DNA of 64,000 bases, taken from assembly GCF_963921235.1 (NCBI RefSeq), contig NC_086097.1, positions 25,608,001-25,672,000 of the forward strand, in the 5' to 3' direction. Below the pieces are notes generated by a model that was not told the DNA's origin, searched no databases, and saw only the letters and a list, made by a program, of their open reading frames with translations. This DNA comes from Mobula hypostoma (lineage: Eukaryota). Position numbers and translations under genes: made by a program. Positions within the stretch are counted from its first letter, which is position 1, and every line of letters begins with the position of its first letter. This document shows positions 1-13,095 of this stretch, piece by piece.

Positions 1-482
1 GTTTCTGAACTCTACCTACAAGGATTCTACATCTTCCAATTCTATGTCACCTCTTCCTAAGGATCGATTTTATTTTTTACCGATTTTATATTTTTACCAA
101 CAGAGCCCCCCCACACCCTCTGCCTACCTGCCTGTCCTTTCAATACAAGGTGTATCCTTGGATTTTAAGCTCCCAACTATGATCTTCTTTCAGCCATGAC
201 TCAGTAATGCTCACAATCTCTAACTGCACTACAAGGTCATCTATCTTATTCCGTATATGTGCATTCAAATATAATACCTTTAGTCCTGTGTTCATCACCC
301 TTTTCGATTTTGCCCCCATGTTACACTTCAACTCAACCCATTGACTGCAATTTTGCCCTATCATCTGCCAGTCATTCCTATCAGACTCACAACACACTGC
401 ATCTACTTGTATACCAACTACCCCATCCTCAGCCCTAACACACTGGTTCTCATCCCCCTGCTAAATTAGTTTAAACCCTCCC
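1..482 (-). mobile_element. Degenerate CR1 LINE fragment (end of ORF1 and start of APE endonuclease)
   Basis: ORF 140..397 has LKVLYLNA...ITESWL...IQGYTLY. The ORF1/ORF2 junction motif TTTAAACTAATTTAGCAGGGGGATG is shared with other CR1 copies. Confidence 0.8.
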
Positions 483-1092
483 AAAATTACACCCTAAGTA
501 TTTAGTCCTTGCTGAATCTAAAAACCATGACCTCTTAATCTCTGGATGTTCAGGGCAAGCAATGGATAGGAATTTGGTGGTGTGTTGGACTTGCTTTAAT
601 TGGTAATGAGTAATCAGCTTGTCCTCCTTTGATGAATTCTGAAATATAGAAATTTTCTCAGTTTCCAGGTTGCTGATTTTATATTGTGGTAATGTTGTAA
701 GGCTTTCCCTTTCATCAAGTACAATTTTATTACTTTACAGTTTCAGATAAACCTTACCTCCTCCATATGTGTGTGTCTCCTCTCTCCCTCTCGCTCTCTC
801 TTTCTATTCTGTCCTCTTTTCCTCCCTCTCTTGCTCTTTCCAATCATTGTGCAGCACATTATTGTTTCCTTACAGACACTCTATATAGCCATCCATTACC
901 CATTTTTGTCCGTCCCCCAACCCTTCTCCCTCATCTCCCTCCCTTCCTCCTGGCTCCATCCACACATTTCACCATCTGGATCTCCTCTCCCATCTCATTC
1001 CATCCGCCCTCCATCACTCCTCAGTAATTCCCATTATCACCTGCTTTACTAATCAGATTCCAGAACTGGATGCCTCTGTGTATCTATTTATC

Positions 1093-4000
1093 ACCATAGA
1101 ACCATAGAAATTACAGCACAGAAACAGGCCCTTTGGCCCTTCTTGGCTGTGCCGAACCATTTTCTGCCTAGTCCCACTGACCTGCACACGGACTACATCC
1201 CTCCATACACCTCCCATCCATGTATCTGTCCAATTTATTCTTAAATGTTAAAAAAGAACCCGCATTTACCACCTCGTCTGGCAGCTCATTCCATACTCCC
1301 ACCACTCTCTGTGTGAAGAAGCCCCCCCTAATGTTCCCTTTAAACTTTTCCCCCTTCACCCTTAACCCATGTCCTCTGGTTTTTTTCTCCCCTTGCCTCA
1401 GTGGAAAAAGCCTGCTTGCATTCACTCTTTCTATACCCATCATAATTTTATATACCTCTATCAAATCTCCCCTCATTCTTCTACGCTCCAGGGAATAAAG
1501 TCCTAACCTATTCAACCTTTCTCTGTAACTGAGTTTCTCAAGTCCCGGCAACATCCTTGTAAACCTTCTCTGCACTCTTTCAACCTTATTTATATCCTTC
1601 CTGTAATTTGGTGACCAAAACTGAACACAATACTCCAGATTCGGCCTCACCAATGCCTTATACAACCTCATCATAACATTCCAGCTCTTATACTCAAAAC
1701 TACGATTAATAAAGGCCAATGTACCAAAAGCTCTCTTTACGACCCTATCTACCTGTGACAACACTTTTAGGGAATTTTGTATCTGTATTCCCAGATCTCT
1801 CCGTTCCACTACACTCCTCAGTGCCTTACCATTAACCCTGTATGTTCTACGTTGGTTTGTCCTTCCAACGTGCAATACCTCACACTTGTCAGTATTAAAC
1901 TCCATCTGCCATTTTTCAGCCCATTTTTCCAGATGGTCCAAGTCCCTCTGCAGGCTCTGAAAACCTTCCTCACTGTCTACTACACCTCCAACCTTTGTAT
2001 CATCAGCAAACTTGCTGATCCAATTTACCACATTATCATCCAGATCATTGATATAGATGACAAATAACAATGGACCCAGCACTGATCCCTGTGGCACACC
2101 ACTAGTCACAGGCCTCCACTCAGAGAAGCAATTTTCTACCACCACTCTCTGGCTTCTTCCATCAAGCCAATGTCCAATCCAATTTACCACCTCTCCATGT
2201 ATACCTAGCAACTGAATTTTCCTAACTAACCTCCCATGCGGGACCTTGTCAAAGGCCTTACTGAAGTCCTTGTGGACAATATCCACTGCCTTCCCTTCAT
2301 CCACTTTCCTGGTAACCTCCTCGAAAAACTCCAACAGATTGGTCAAACATGACCTACCACGCACAAAGCCATGTTGACTCTCCCTAATAAGCCCCTGTCT
2401 ATCCAAATGCTTGTAGATTCTGTCTCTTAGTACTCCCTCCAATAACTTACCTACTACTGACGTTAAACTCACCGGCCTATAATTTCCCGGATTATTTTTC
2501 GATCTTTTTTTAAACAACGGAACAACATGAGCCACTCTCCAATCCTCCGGCACTTCACCCGTAGACAGCGACATTTTAAATATTTCTGCCAGGGCCCCCG
2601 CAATTTCAACACTAGTCTCCTTCAAGGTCCGAGGGAACACCCTGTCAGGTCCCAGGGATTTATCCACTTTAATTTTCCTCAAGACAGCAAGCACCTCCTC
2701 CTTTTCAATCTGTACAGTTGCCATGGTCTCACTACTTGATTCCCTCAATTCCATAAATTTCATGCCAGCTTCCTTAGTAAATGCAGACGCAAAAAACCTA
2801 TTTAAGATCTCTCCCATTTCCTTTGGTTCGGCACAAAGCCGACCACTCTGATTCTCAAGAGGACCAATTTTATCCCTTACAATCCTTTTGCTCTTAATAT
2901 ACTTGTAAAAGCTCTTTGGATTATCCTTCACTTTGACTGCCAAGGCAACCTCATGTCTTCTTTTTGCCCTCCTGATTTCTTTCTTAAGTATTTTCTTGCA
3001 CTTCTTATATACCTCAAGCACCTGATTTACCCCGTTTCCTATACATTTCATACAACTCCCTCTTCTTCTTTATCAGAGTTGCAATATCCCTTGAGAACCA
3101 AGGTTCCTTATTCCTATTCAATTTGCCTTTAATCCTGACAGGAACATACAAACTCTGCACTCTCAAAATTTCCCTTTTGAAGGCTTCCCACCTACCAATC
3201 ACATCCTTGCCAGAGAACAACCTGTCCCAATCCACGCTTTTTAGATCCTTCCTCATTTCTTCAAATTTGGCCTTCTTCCAGTTCAGAACCTCAACCCTAG
3301 GACCAGATCTATCCTTGTCCATGATCAAATTGAAACTAATGGCGTTATGATCACTGGAACCAAAGTGCTCCCCTACACAGACTTCTGTCACTTACTCTAA
3401 TTCGTTTCCTAACAGGAGATCCAATATTGCATCCCCTCTAGTTGGTCCCTCTATATACTGATTTAGAAAACTTTCCTGAACACATTTTACAAACTCTAAA
3501 CCATCTAGACCCCTAACAGTATGGGAGTCCCAATCAATGTATGGAAAATTAAAATCCCCTACCACCACAACTTTATGTTTCCTGCAGTTGTCTGCTATCT
3601 CTCTGCAGATTTGTTCTTCCAAGTCTCGTTGACTATTGGGTGGTCTGTAATACAATCCCACTAATGTGGCCATACCTTTCCTGTTTCTCAGCTCCACCCA
3701 TAAGGACTCAGTAGACGAGCCCTCTAATCTGTCCTGCCTGAGCACTGCTGTAATATTTTCCCTAACAAGCAATGCTACTCCCCCACCTTTCATTCCTCTG
3801 CCTCGATCACATCTGAAACATCGGAACCCTGGAATATTAAGCTGCCAGTCCTGCCCCTCCTGTAGCCAAGTTTCACGAATTGCTACAACATCATAATTCC
3901 ACGTGTCAATCCACGCCCTCAACTCATCCGCCTTCCCCGCAATACTCCTAGCATTGAAATATATACACCTCAGAAGATTTTTACCACCACTCACAACCTT

Positions 4001-4420
4001 TCTATCAGCGGATTTGCTTAAACTTTCAATATCATTTATTTTCACCCCAGCCACACTGTCAGCTCTGGCACTCTGGTTCCCATCCCCCTGCAAATCTAGT
4101 TTAAAGCCTCCCCAATAGCACTAACAAACCTCCCTGAAAGGATATTGGTCCCCCTGTGGTTCAAGTGTAACCCGTCTCTCTTGTACAGGTCCCACCTGCC
4201 CCAGAAGAGGTCCCAATGATCCTGAAATCTGAAACCCTGCCCCCTACACCAGTTCCTCAGCCACTTGTTCCTCCTCCAGAGCATCCTATTCCTACCCTCA
4301 CTGGCACCTAGCACAGGTAGCAATCCTGAGATTACCACCCTTGAGGTCCTGCTTTTCAACTTCCTACCAAGCTCTCTATACTCACTGTCCAGGACCTCTT
4401 CACTCTTCCTTGCTATGTCA
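1093..4420 (-). mobile_element. CR1 LINE family A copy 1, 5'-truncated: SGNH-esterase end of ORF1, APE endonuclease and RT
   Basis: ORFs 4096..4455 (RDGLHLN), 3392..4093 (YFNARS, ETWL, GDFN), 3014..3391 (SDH) and 1168..3051 ([13 protein letters not shown]). Tail is (TTCTATGG)n. Confidence 0.95.
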
Positions 4421-4634
4421 GATTCTGCCATTACCTTCACCCTCCCCTCCCCCACCTCCCTCCAACTGCCCTTTTATTACCCAGCCTGCCTTCATCTATT
4501 ACCCACTTGCCTGCTATTCCCAACTCTACCACACCCATGGAGCAGTCCTTGGAACATCTATCAGCCCTACCAGCCTGTCCCTTTCCTCTTTACAATGGCC
4601 ATCTTCACTCTACACCATTATCTTGAAGGCTAAT

Positions 4635-4925
4635 TTTCAAGAGAATGGAACTAGAGGTCATAGGTTAACAGTGAAAGGGGAAGTTGAAGGTGAACTTCTT
4701 CACTCAGAGGGTGCTGTAATTGTGGGACGAGCTCCCAGAGGAACTGGTAGATATAGGTTCATTGCAACAGTTAAGAGAAGTTTGAATAAGTATATGGATG
4801 GGAGTGGTATAGAGGGTTATGGTCCAGGTACAGGTGGATAGAAAAAGGTAGAATAACAGATCAGCATAGACAAGATGAGCCAAGGAGCCTGTTTCTATGC
4901 TGTAGTGCGCTATGACTCTATATTC
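4635..4925 (+). mobile_element. Old CR1 3' fragment
   Basis: TRGHRLTVKG...LNKYMDG-like residual frame and CR1 3' UTR motif CCTGTTTCTATGCTGTAG. Confidence 0.7.
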
Positions 4926-5065
4926 AAAGTTCGAAAGGGTTGAGTTCGAACTGAGTTGAGTTCCTCCAGCATTTTGTGTGTTGCTCAAGAGCACAAGAGA
5001 ATAAACTAAAATAAAAGACACTTTCACCTCGGTCGATACTTAATTTGGAACTGAGCATTACTCAC

Positions 5066-5140
5066 CTGACTAGCCAGTATTTCCCGACTTCCTTCTGATT
5101 GGTCCAGCCTCCGTCGTGTGCGGCTGAGCTCTTGCTCAAT
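5066..5140 (-). CDS. CEP128: Internal coding exon of a coiled-coil centrosomal protein (CEP128-like), IEQELSRTRRRLDQSEGSREILASQ
   Basis: On the minus strand, a T-rich tract ending ...TGTTTAAG precedes a 75-nt open phase-0 exon followed by the donor GTGAGT. The peptide resembles my recollection of vertebrate CEP128 (LEQELELSRRLLNQSEGSRETLLHQ). Not in the ORF track. Confidence 0.82.
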
Positions 5141-5377
5141 CTTAAACAGTACCAAAAATAAAAATGAGCATTCAAGCCAACTACAGTAGGTTTAAAGGGT
5201 GGCATATCATGGGCCAAAGGGCCTGTACTGCGCTGTACTTTTCTATGTTCTACAGATGGAACTACTATGCTGCAAACACTACCACACGTTGCTCAGAAAC
5301 ATATACCTAAACTATCTTCCTTACAGTCACTGCCCTCAGTGGAAAGTTCCAGGTGATTGTACTCAGACCACACCTTT

Positions 5378-5638
5378 ATTTATTTATTTATTTAGCGATA
5401 CAGCACGGTAACGATCCCTGCTGCCCAATGAGCCCATGTCGCTGAACAACACCCATGAGGCCCATTAACTCACCAACCCGTACATCTTTGGAATGTGGGA
5501 GGAAAATGGAGTGCCTGGAGGAAACTCACATGGTCACAGGAAGAACGTACAAACTCCTTATGACAGCAGCAGAAAATGAACATGGGTTACTGGCCTCGTA
5601 GTAGCATTATGCTAGTTGCTACACTACCATGCAGCCCC
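5378..5638 (-). mobile_element. tRNA-derived HE1/V-SINE-like SINE
   Basis: Degenerate A/B-box head, V-domain-like core (TTTCCTCC...TTCCTCCCACATTCCAAAGA on the minus strand) and (TAAA)n tail. Related copies at about 13096-13245 (-), 30134-30430 (+) and 59530-59757 (-). Confidence 0.7.
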
Positions 5639-6467
5639 AAGATTTAATGGCATTTGCGCATTTCGGACTGCAGGTAAGAGGTTTCTTTAGTTTTTTTCAA
5701 AGCAGTTACCTGGTAGGATGCTCACACAAAATAAAGGACGTTGAACCCCTGACAAGATAGATATTCAATAAGCAACACAGACAAAATGCTGGAGTTCCTG
5801 ATGAAGGGTCTTGGCCAAAACATCAACCTTTTATTTCCCTCCACAGATACTGTCTAACTTGCTGAGTTAGACCAGAAGTCCATAAGATATAGGAACAGAA
5901 GTAGGCCACCTGGTCTGCTTCGCCATTCATCCAATTCTTCCAATCATCTCTACTCCCCTGCTTTCTCCTCATACCCCTTGATGCCTTTGCTAATCAAGAA
6001 CCTATCTGTCTCTGCCTTAAATACACCCATTGACTTGGCCTCCACAGCTGCTAGTGGTAACAAATTCCACAGATTTACCACCCTCTGACTAAAGTCATTT
6101 CTCGGCATCTCTGCTCTAAATGGATGTCCTTCAATCCTGAAGCCGTGCCCTCTTGTCCTAGACTCTCCTACCATGGGAAATAACTTTGCCATATCTAATC
6201 TATTCAAGCCTTTAAACATTCGAAATGTTTCAATGAGATGCCCCCCTCATTCTCCTGAACTCCAGGGAATACAGCCCAATAGTTGCCAGACGTTCCTCAT
6301 ACAGAATCAGAATCTGGTTTATTATCATCGGCAGGTGACGTGAAATTTGTTAACTTAGCGGCAGCAGTTCAATGCAATACATAATCTAGCATAGAAAAAT
6401 AATAATAAATAAAATAAATTAATAATAATAATCAATAAACTAGCAAATCAATTACATATATTGAATA

Positions 6468-7780
6468 TAAACACAAACAACAGGAATTCTGCAGATGCTG
6501 GAAATTCAAGCAACACACACTGACTCTCACAGCTATCTGGACTATTCCTCTTCTCACCCTGTCTCTTGCAAAAACGCCATTCCCTTCTCGCAATTCCTCC
6601 GTCTCCGCCACATCTGCTCTCAGGATGAGGCTTTTCATTCTTGGACGAGGGAGATGTCTTCCTTTTTTAAAGAAAGGGGCTTCCCTTCCTCCACTATCAA
6701 ATCTGCTCTTAAACGCATCTCCCCCATTTCACGTACATCTGCTCTCACTTCATCCTCCCACCACCCCACTAGGAATAGGGTTCCCCTGGTCCTCACCTAC
6801 CACCCCACCAGCCTCCGGGTCCAACATATTATTCTCCGTAACTTCCGCGACCTCCAACGGGATCCCACCACTAAGCACCTCTTTCCCTCCCCCCCCTGCA
6901 TTCCGCAGGGATCGCTCCCTACACAACTCCCTTGTCCATTCGTCCCCCCCATCCCTCCCCACTGATCTCCCTCCTGGCACTTATCCGTGTAAGCGGAACA
7001 AGTGCTACACATGCCCTTACACTTCCTCCCTTACCACCATTCAGGGCCCCAAACAGTCCTTCCAGGTGAGGCAACACTTCACCTGTGAGTCGGCTGGGGT
7101 GATATACTGCGTCCGGTGCTCCCGATGTGGCCTTTTATATATTGGTGAGACCCGATGCAGACTGGGGGACCGCTTTGCTAAACATCACGCTCTGTCCGCC
7201 AGAGAAAGCAGGACCTCCCAGTGGCCACACATTTTAATTCCACATCCCATTCCCATTCTGACATGTCTATCCACGGCCTCCTCTACTGTAAAGATGAAGC
7301 CACACTCAGGTTGGAGGAACAACACCTTATATTCCGTCTGGGTAGCCTCCAACCTGATGGCATGAACATCGACTTCTCTAACTTCCGCTAATGCCCCACC
7401 TCCCCCTCGTACCCCATCTGTTACTTATTTTTATACACACATTCTTTCTCTCACTCTCCTTTTTCTCCCTCTCTCCCTCTGAATATACCCCTTGCCCATC
7501 CTCTGGGTCCCGCCCCCCTTGTCTTTCTTCCCGGACCTCCTGTCCCATGATCCTCTCGTATCCCTTTTGCCTATCACCTGTCCAGCTCTTGGCTCCATCC
7601 CTCCCCCTCCAGTCTTCTCCTATCATTTTGGATCTCTCCCTCCCCCTCCAACTTTCAAATCCCTTACTCACTCTTCCTTCAGTTAGTCCTGACGAAGGGT
7701 CTCGGCCTGAAACGTCGACTGCACCTCTTCCTAGAGATGCTGCCTGGCCTGCTGCGTTCACCAGCAACTTTTATGTGTGC
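6468..7780 (+). mobile_element. Penelope-like element (Neptune type), 5'-truncated, with an inverted ~47-bp 3' terminus at its left end
   Basis: Frameshifted RT C-terminus, CKRNKCYTC motif and GIY-YIG (VIYCVRCSRCGLLYIGET). TSD TACATA(T/C)ATTGAATA at 6453-6467 and 7781-7795. Confidence 0.92.
7685..7720 (+). ncRNA. Minimal type I hammerhead ribozyme in the PLE pseudo-LTR
   Basis: AGTC-CTGACGA-AGG(GTCTCGG)CCT-GAAA-CG-TC^GACT. Core CUGANGA/GAAA/UH is intact, helix I is AGTC/GACT, and helix III is the palindrome ACGT. Predicted cleavage after C7716. Confidence 0.88.
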
Positions 7781-10700
7781 TACATACATTGAATAGATTT
7801 TTTTAATGTGCAAAAACAGACTGTATATTTTTTTAAAAAGTGAGGTAGTGTCCAAAGATTCAATGTCCATTTAGAAATCAGATGGCAGAGAGGAAGAAGC
7901 TTTTCCTGAATCGCTGAGTGTGTACCTTCACACTTCTGTACCTCCTACCTGATGGTTACAGTGAGAAAAGGACATGCCCTGGGTGCTGGAGGTCCTTAAT
8001 AAAGGACGTTGCCTTTCTGAGACTCTGCTCCCTAAAGATGTCCTGGCTACTTTGTAGGCTAGTGCCCAAGATGGGGCTGACTAGATTTACAACTTTCTGC
8101 AGCTTCCTTCGGTCCTGAGCAGTAGCCCCTCCATACCAGACAGTGATGCAGCCTGTCAGAATGCTCCCCATGGTACAACTATAGAAGTTTTTGAGTGTAT
8201 TTGTTGATAGGCCAAATCTCTTCAAACTCCTAATAAAGTATAGCCGCTGTCTTGCCTTCTTTATAACTACATCGATATGTTCAGACTAGGGATCTTGACA
8301 CCCAGGAACTTGAAACTGCTCACTCTCTCCACTTCTGATCCCTCTATGAGGATTGGTATGTGCTCCTTCGACTTACCCTTCCTAAAGTCCATAGTCAGCT
8401 CTTCCATCTTACTGACATTGAGTGCCAGGTTGTTGCTGCGGCACCACTCCACTAGTTGGCATATCTCACTCCTGTACACCCTCTCGTCACCACCTGAGAT
8501 TCTACCAACAATGTTGCATCATCAGCAAATTTATAGATGGTATTTGAGCTATGCCTAGCCACACAGTCATGTCTATATAGAGAGTAGAGCAGTGGGCTAA
8601 GCACACACCTGAGGTGCACCAGTGTTGATCGTCAGCGAGGAGGATATGTTATCACCAATCCGCACAGACTGTGGTCTTCCAATTAGGAAGTCAAGGATCC
8701 AATTGCAGAGGGAGGAACAGAGGCCCAGGTTCTGCAACTTCTCAGACAGGATTGTGGGAATGATGGTATTAAATGTTGAGCTATAGTTGACGAACAGCAT
8801 CCTGACAGAGGTGTTTGTGTTGTCCAGGTGGTCTAAAGCCATGTAGGGAGCTGTTGAGATTGAGTCTGCCGTTGACCTATTGTGGCAACAGGTAAATTGC
8901 ATTGGGTCCAGGTCCTTACTGAGGCAGGAGTTCAGTCTAGTCATGACCAACCTCTCAAAGCATTTCATCACTGTCGATGTGAGTGCTATCAGGCGATAGC
9001 CTTTAAGGCAGCCCACATTGTTCTTCTTAGGCACTGGTATAATTGTTGCCTTTTTGAAGCAAGTGGAAACTTCTGCCCATAGCAGTGAGAGGTTGAAAAT
9101 GTCCCTGAATACTCCCGCTAGTTGGTTGCCGTTCCCTTTCATTCCTGGAATCATTCTAATGAGTCTTCTCTGAACCCTCTCCAAAGTCAGTATATCCTTT
9201 CTATAATAAGGAGCCCAAAACTGCACACAATACTCCAAGTATGGTCTCACGAGTGCCTTATAGAGCCTCAACATCACATCTCTGCTTTTATATTCTACCT
9301 CTAGAAATGAATGCCAACATTGTATTTGCCTTCTGTACCACTGACTCAACCTGGAGGTTAACCTTTAAGGTATCCTGCACAAGGACTCCCAAGTCCCTTT
9401 GCATCTCTGCATTTTGAATTCTCTCCCCATCTAAATAATAGGCTGCCCGTTTATTTCTTCTACCAAAGTGCATTTCCAACATTGTATTTCATTTGCTACT
9501 TCCTTGCCTATTCCCCTAAACTATCCCAGTCTCTTTGCGTACTCTGTTTCCTCAACACTACCCGCTCCTCCACCCCCCTTTGTATCTGGCAAATTTAGCC
9601 ACAAATCCATTAATCCCATAGTCCAAATCATTGACATACATCGTAAAAAGCAGTGGTCCCAACACCGACCCCTGTGGAACTCCACTGGTAACTGGCAGCC
9701 AGCCAGCCAGAGTAGGATCCCTTTATTCCCACTCTCTATTTTATGCCGATCAGCCAATGCTCCACACATGCTAGTAACTCCCCTGTAATTCTATGGGATC
9801 TTATCTTGCTAAGCAGCCTCATGTGCGGCACCTTGTCAAAGGCCTTCTGAAAATCCAAGTACACCACATCTACTGCATCTCCTTTGTCTACCCTGCTTGT
9901 AATTTCCTCAAAAAATTGCAGTAGGTTAGTCAGGTCGGATTGTCTTTTCAGGAAACCACGCAGGCTTTGGCCTATCTTGTCACATGCCTCCAGGTACTCC
10001 ATAATCTCATCCCTAACAATTGATTCGAACAACTTACCAACCACTGATGTCAGGCTAACAGGTCTATAGTTTCCTTTCAGCTGCCTCCCATCCTTCTTAA
10101 ATAGCCGAGTAACATTTGCAATTTTCTAGTCATCTGGTACAATGTCAGAATCTATCGCCTCTTGAAAGATCATTGTTAATGATTCCACAATCTCTCCACC
10201 TACTTCCTTCAGAACCCGCGGGTGCATTCCATCAGGTCCAGGAGATTTATCCACCCTCAGACCAATAAGCTTCTTGATCACCTTCTCAGTAGTAATTTTC
10301 ACTGCACATACTTCACTTCCCTGACACTCTTGAATGTCCTGTATACTGCAGGTGTCTTCCATTGTGAAGACTGATGCAAAATCAGTTCCTCTGCCATCTC
10401 TGCGTCTGTCATACAATATCTCCAGCATCATTTTCTATTGGTCTTATATCTACCCTCTACTCCCTTTTACCCTTTAAATACTTAAAAAAGCTTTTAGTAT
10501 CTTCTTTGATATTAGTCACCAGCTTCCTTTCATAATTCATCTTTTCCTTCCTAATGACCTTCTTAGTTTTCTTCTGCAAGTTTTTAAAAGCTTCCCAATC
10601 CTCTATCTTCCCACTAGCTTTGGCTTCCTTGTATGCCTTCTCATTTGCTTTTACTTTGGCTCTGACTCACTTGTCAGCCACAGTAGTGTCCTTCTTCCAT

Positions 10701-11269
10701 TCAAAAATTTCTTCTTCTTTGGAATATATCTGTCTTGCACTTCTCTCATTTGTATGCAGTTCCTCCAGCATTTTCTGTGTGTTGTTCTAGATTTGCAGCA
10801 TCTGAAGAATATCTTCTAAAATATCCAATGAGTTTTCAAAGATTTTGTTCTTAAGGCACAGGTGATGCTGCAAGGTCCCACAGATGGTCACCACACTTGC
10901 CCCAATACAGTAAAAAACAACTTTTTATTGTGCAGTGTCGGTAGACATTCTAAAACATTGACACTTTAATCTAAAACAAATTGTTTTGGTTGTAACATAT
11001 CAATCTACAGTTGAAAAACTCTGCTTAGCCACTTCAAGGGGCATTTATTGTCAACCAATTAATGAACTAAAATCCTAATTGTGCATGATGGAAATCAGTG
11101 TGATGCGCTTCTATACCGCCAGGGACAAGTTTAAGGAGAACCTAACATGATGTTTTCCCTACACATATGAATATTTCATATATGTATTCCCCACACTTGA
11201 ATATTTCAGCTAAGAGTGTCCCTGGTTTATTGGCTGGAAAGAGCTATATGACCTGAGTTTAAGCAGTAT

Positions 11270-11880
11270 ACAAATAGAATCATAGGGTCATACGGCTTGG
11301 AAACAGGGCCCTTTGGCCCAACTCGCTCACACCAACCAAGGTATGATTCCCCTAAGTTGGTCCCCTCTACCCACATTTAGTCTATATCCTTCTAAACCTT
11401 TCCTATCCATAGTTATCCAAATGTCTTTTAAATGTCGTTATTGCACTTGCCTCTCCTACATTCTGTGACAGCTCATTTCTTATTAGTATCATCCTCTATG
11501 TGAAGTTGTTGCCCCACCGATCCCTTTTAAATCTTTCCCTACTCACTTTAACCTATGCCCTCTAGTATTTGATTCCCTGTCCCTGGGGAAAAAACTGAGC
11601 GTTCACCTTATCTATGAACCTCATTAATTTCACCCATCAGTCTCCTATGTTCCAACTAATAAAGTCTTAGTCCATCTAACCTCTCCCTATAACTCAGACC
11701 TTCAAATCCTAGCAAAATCTTTGCACTTTTTCCAGCTTACTGACATATTTGCTATAACAGGGTCACCAAAATCATACACAATGCTTCATGTGTGGTTTTA
11801 CCAATGTCTTGTACCACTGCAGCATATCATCTAAACTCTTACAGTTGATTACCTTATCGATTAATGCCAGCATGTCAGAT
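11270..11880 (-). mobile_element. Old CR1 3' fragment
   Basis: Degenerate similarity to the 3' ends of the younger CR1 copies in this window. Confidence 0.65.
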
Positions 11881-12475
11881 CTGTCTTCACCACTCTGTCT
11901 TCCCCGATGCCACTTTCAGCAAACTATGTACCAGTGCTCCGAGATCCCTCTGTTCCACAACACACCCCAGGGAACTATCATTCACTGTACAAGAACTACC
12001 CTGTTTTTACTTTCCAAAATGGGTTCATCCAAAGCCAAAACCAGAATGGGTTTCCAATCAAAATGCAAAATTACACAACATTTGGGAATCCTTAGCCGAC
12101 TTACTCAGCTAATGAAAATCCTTCTGTAATCTTCATTAAATTTCTTCATGTCTTCACATCTTGTACCATCAAATGCAAAAATGTCAGTGGTAAAGACATT
12201 TTTCTTGAGTTAGGAGCCAAACTGTGATGCTCTGGAAGCTTTCTGGACAGGGAGTGTGCAATGGTCACTTAACATTTCCCCATTCTATCCCTAATCTCAT
12301 CATGATTTTCATAAAGGATTTGTCCCTTTTCAAAGTTTTTGTTCATTGTTACTTTTGCTAACATATTTCTGATTTCCCTAGAGAAAAAAAATTTTACCTG
12401 AGCAACACACACAAAATGCTGGAGGAACTCGACAGGTCAGGTAACATTTATAGAAATGAATCAACAGTCAACATT

Positions 12476-13095
12476 TCATCTTTCTTCACCACCTCTTTAG
12501 TCAAGAAAGCACAGCAGAGTCTCCATTTTGAGGAGATTGGGGTGAGTGAGGCATCCCCCCCGCCATTCCAACTATTTTTTACGGGAACATCATTGCGAGC
12601 ATCCAGACCTGCTGTATCACTGTCTAGTATGGGAATTGCAAGTCATCTGACCACAAGTCCCTTCAGAAGATTGTGAGGACTGCTAAGGATCACCATCAGA
12701 CATGTTTACCAGGAGCGCTGCATATGCAGGGCCCTTAGTATCATCAATGATCCTTCCCATCCATCAATGATCCCCCTACCGTCAGGCAAGAGGTATCATA
12801 GCATTAGGATAAGGACTGTTAGGATGGAATATAGCTTCTTCCTTCAAGCTGTGAGACAACTGTTCTGCCTGCCACCAGCCAAGTCTCATCGCTTACGAAG
12901 CACCAATTACATTGAATTGTTTACTTTTTAACTTACGTCGTAAATGCACCATATTATTTATTAACTTATTTGTGGTAATACATGCTGTGTGTGAATTATA
13001 TATACTGTCTTGTGCACTTTAGTCTAGAAGAATATTGTTTTGTTTGGTGGTATACATGTGTATGGTTGAATCACAATAAAATTGATCTTGAACTT
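12476..13095 (+). mobile_element. Degenerate Rex1/Babar-like 3' fragment
   Basis: KKAQQ.LHF and SFFPQAVR-like remnants, then AATAAA and a short-repeat tail. Confidence 0.6.

Larger units (their letters stand above)
6303..9130 (-). mobile_element. Rex1/Babar-like LINE, 5'-truncated, with a PLE inserted in its 3' UTR
   Basis: [29 protein letters not shown] and ILTGCITVWYG motifs. Tail AATAAACCAGATTCTGATTCT on the minus strand. Confidence 0.85.
5870..10750 (-). mobile_element. Degraded CR1 ORF2 and 3' end (5870-6302 and 9131-10750), split by a Rex1-like insertion
   Basis: CR1 RT motifs ([32 protein letters not shown]) continue across the Rex1 insert into SRTRGHGFRI. Confidence 0.85.

Noticed and set aside
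758..870. Possible minus-strand exon ending at a GTAAGG donor
   Set aside because: Low-complexity GA-rich sequence, weak acceptor, and the peptide does not resemble the expected next CEP128 exon.
7378..7792. Recurrent small ORFs (MLVNAAGQAAS..., ...RDAAWPAAFTS)
   Set aside because: Translations of the non-coding PLE pseudo-LTR; they recur because the repeat recurs.
8597..9349. 250-aa CR1/Rex1 fusion ORF
   Set aside because: Chance in-frame read-through across an insertion junction between two dead elements.
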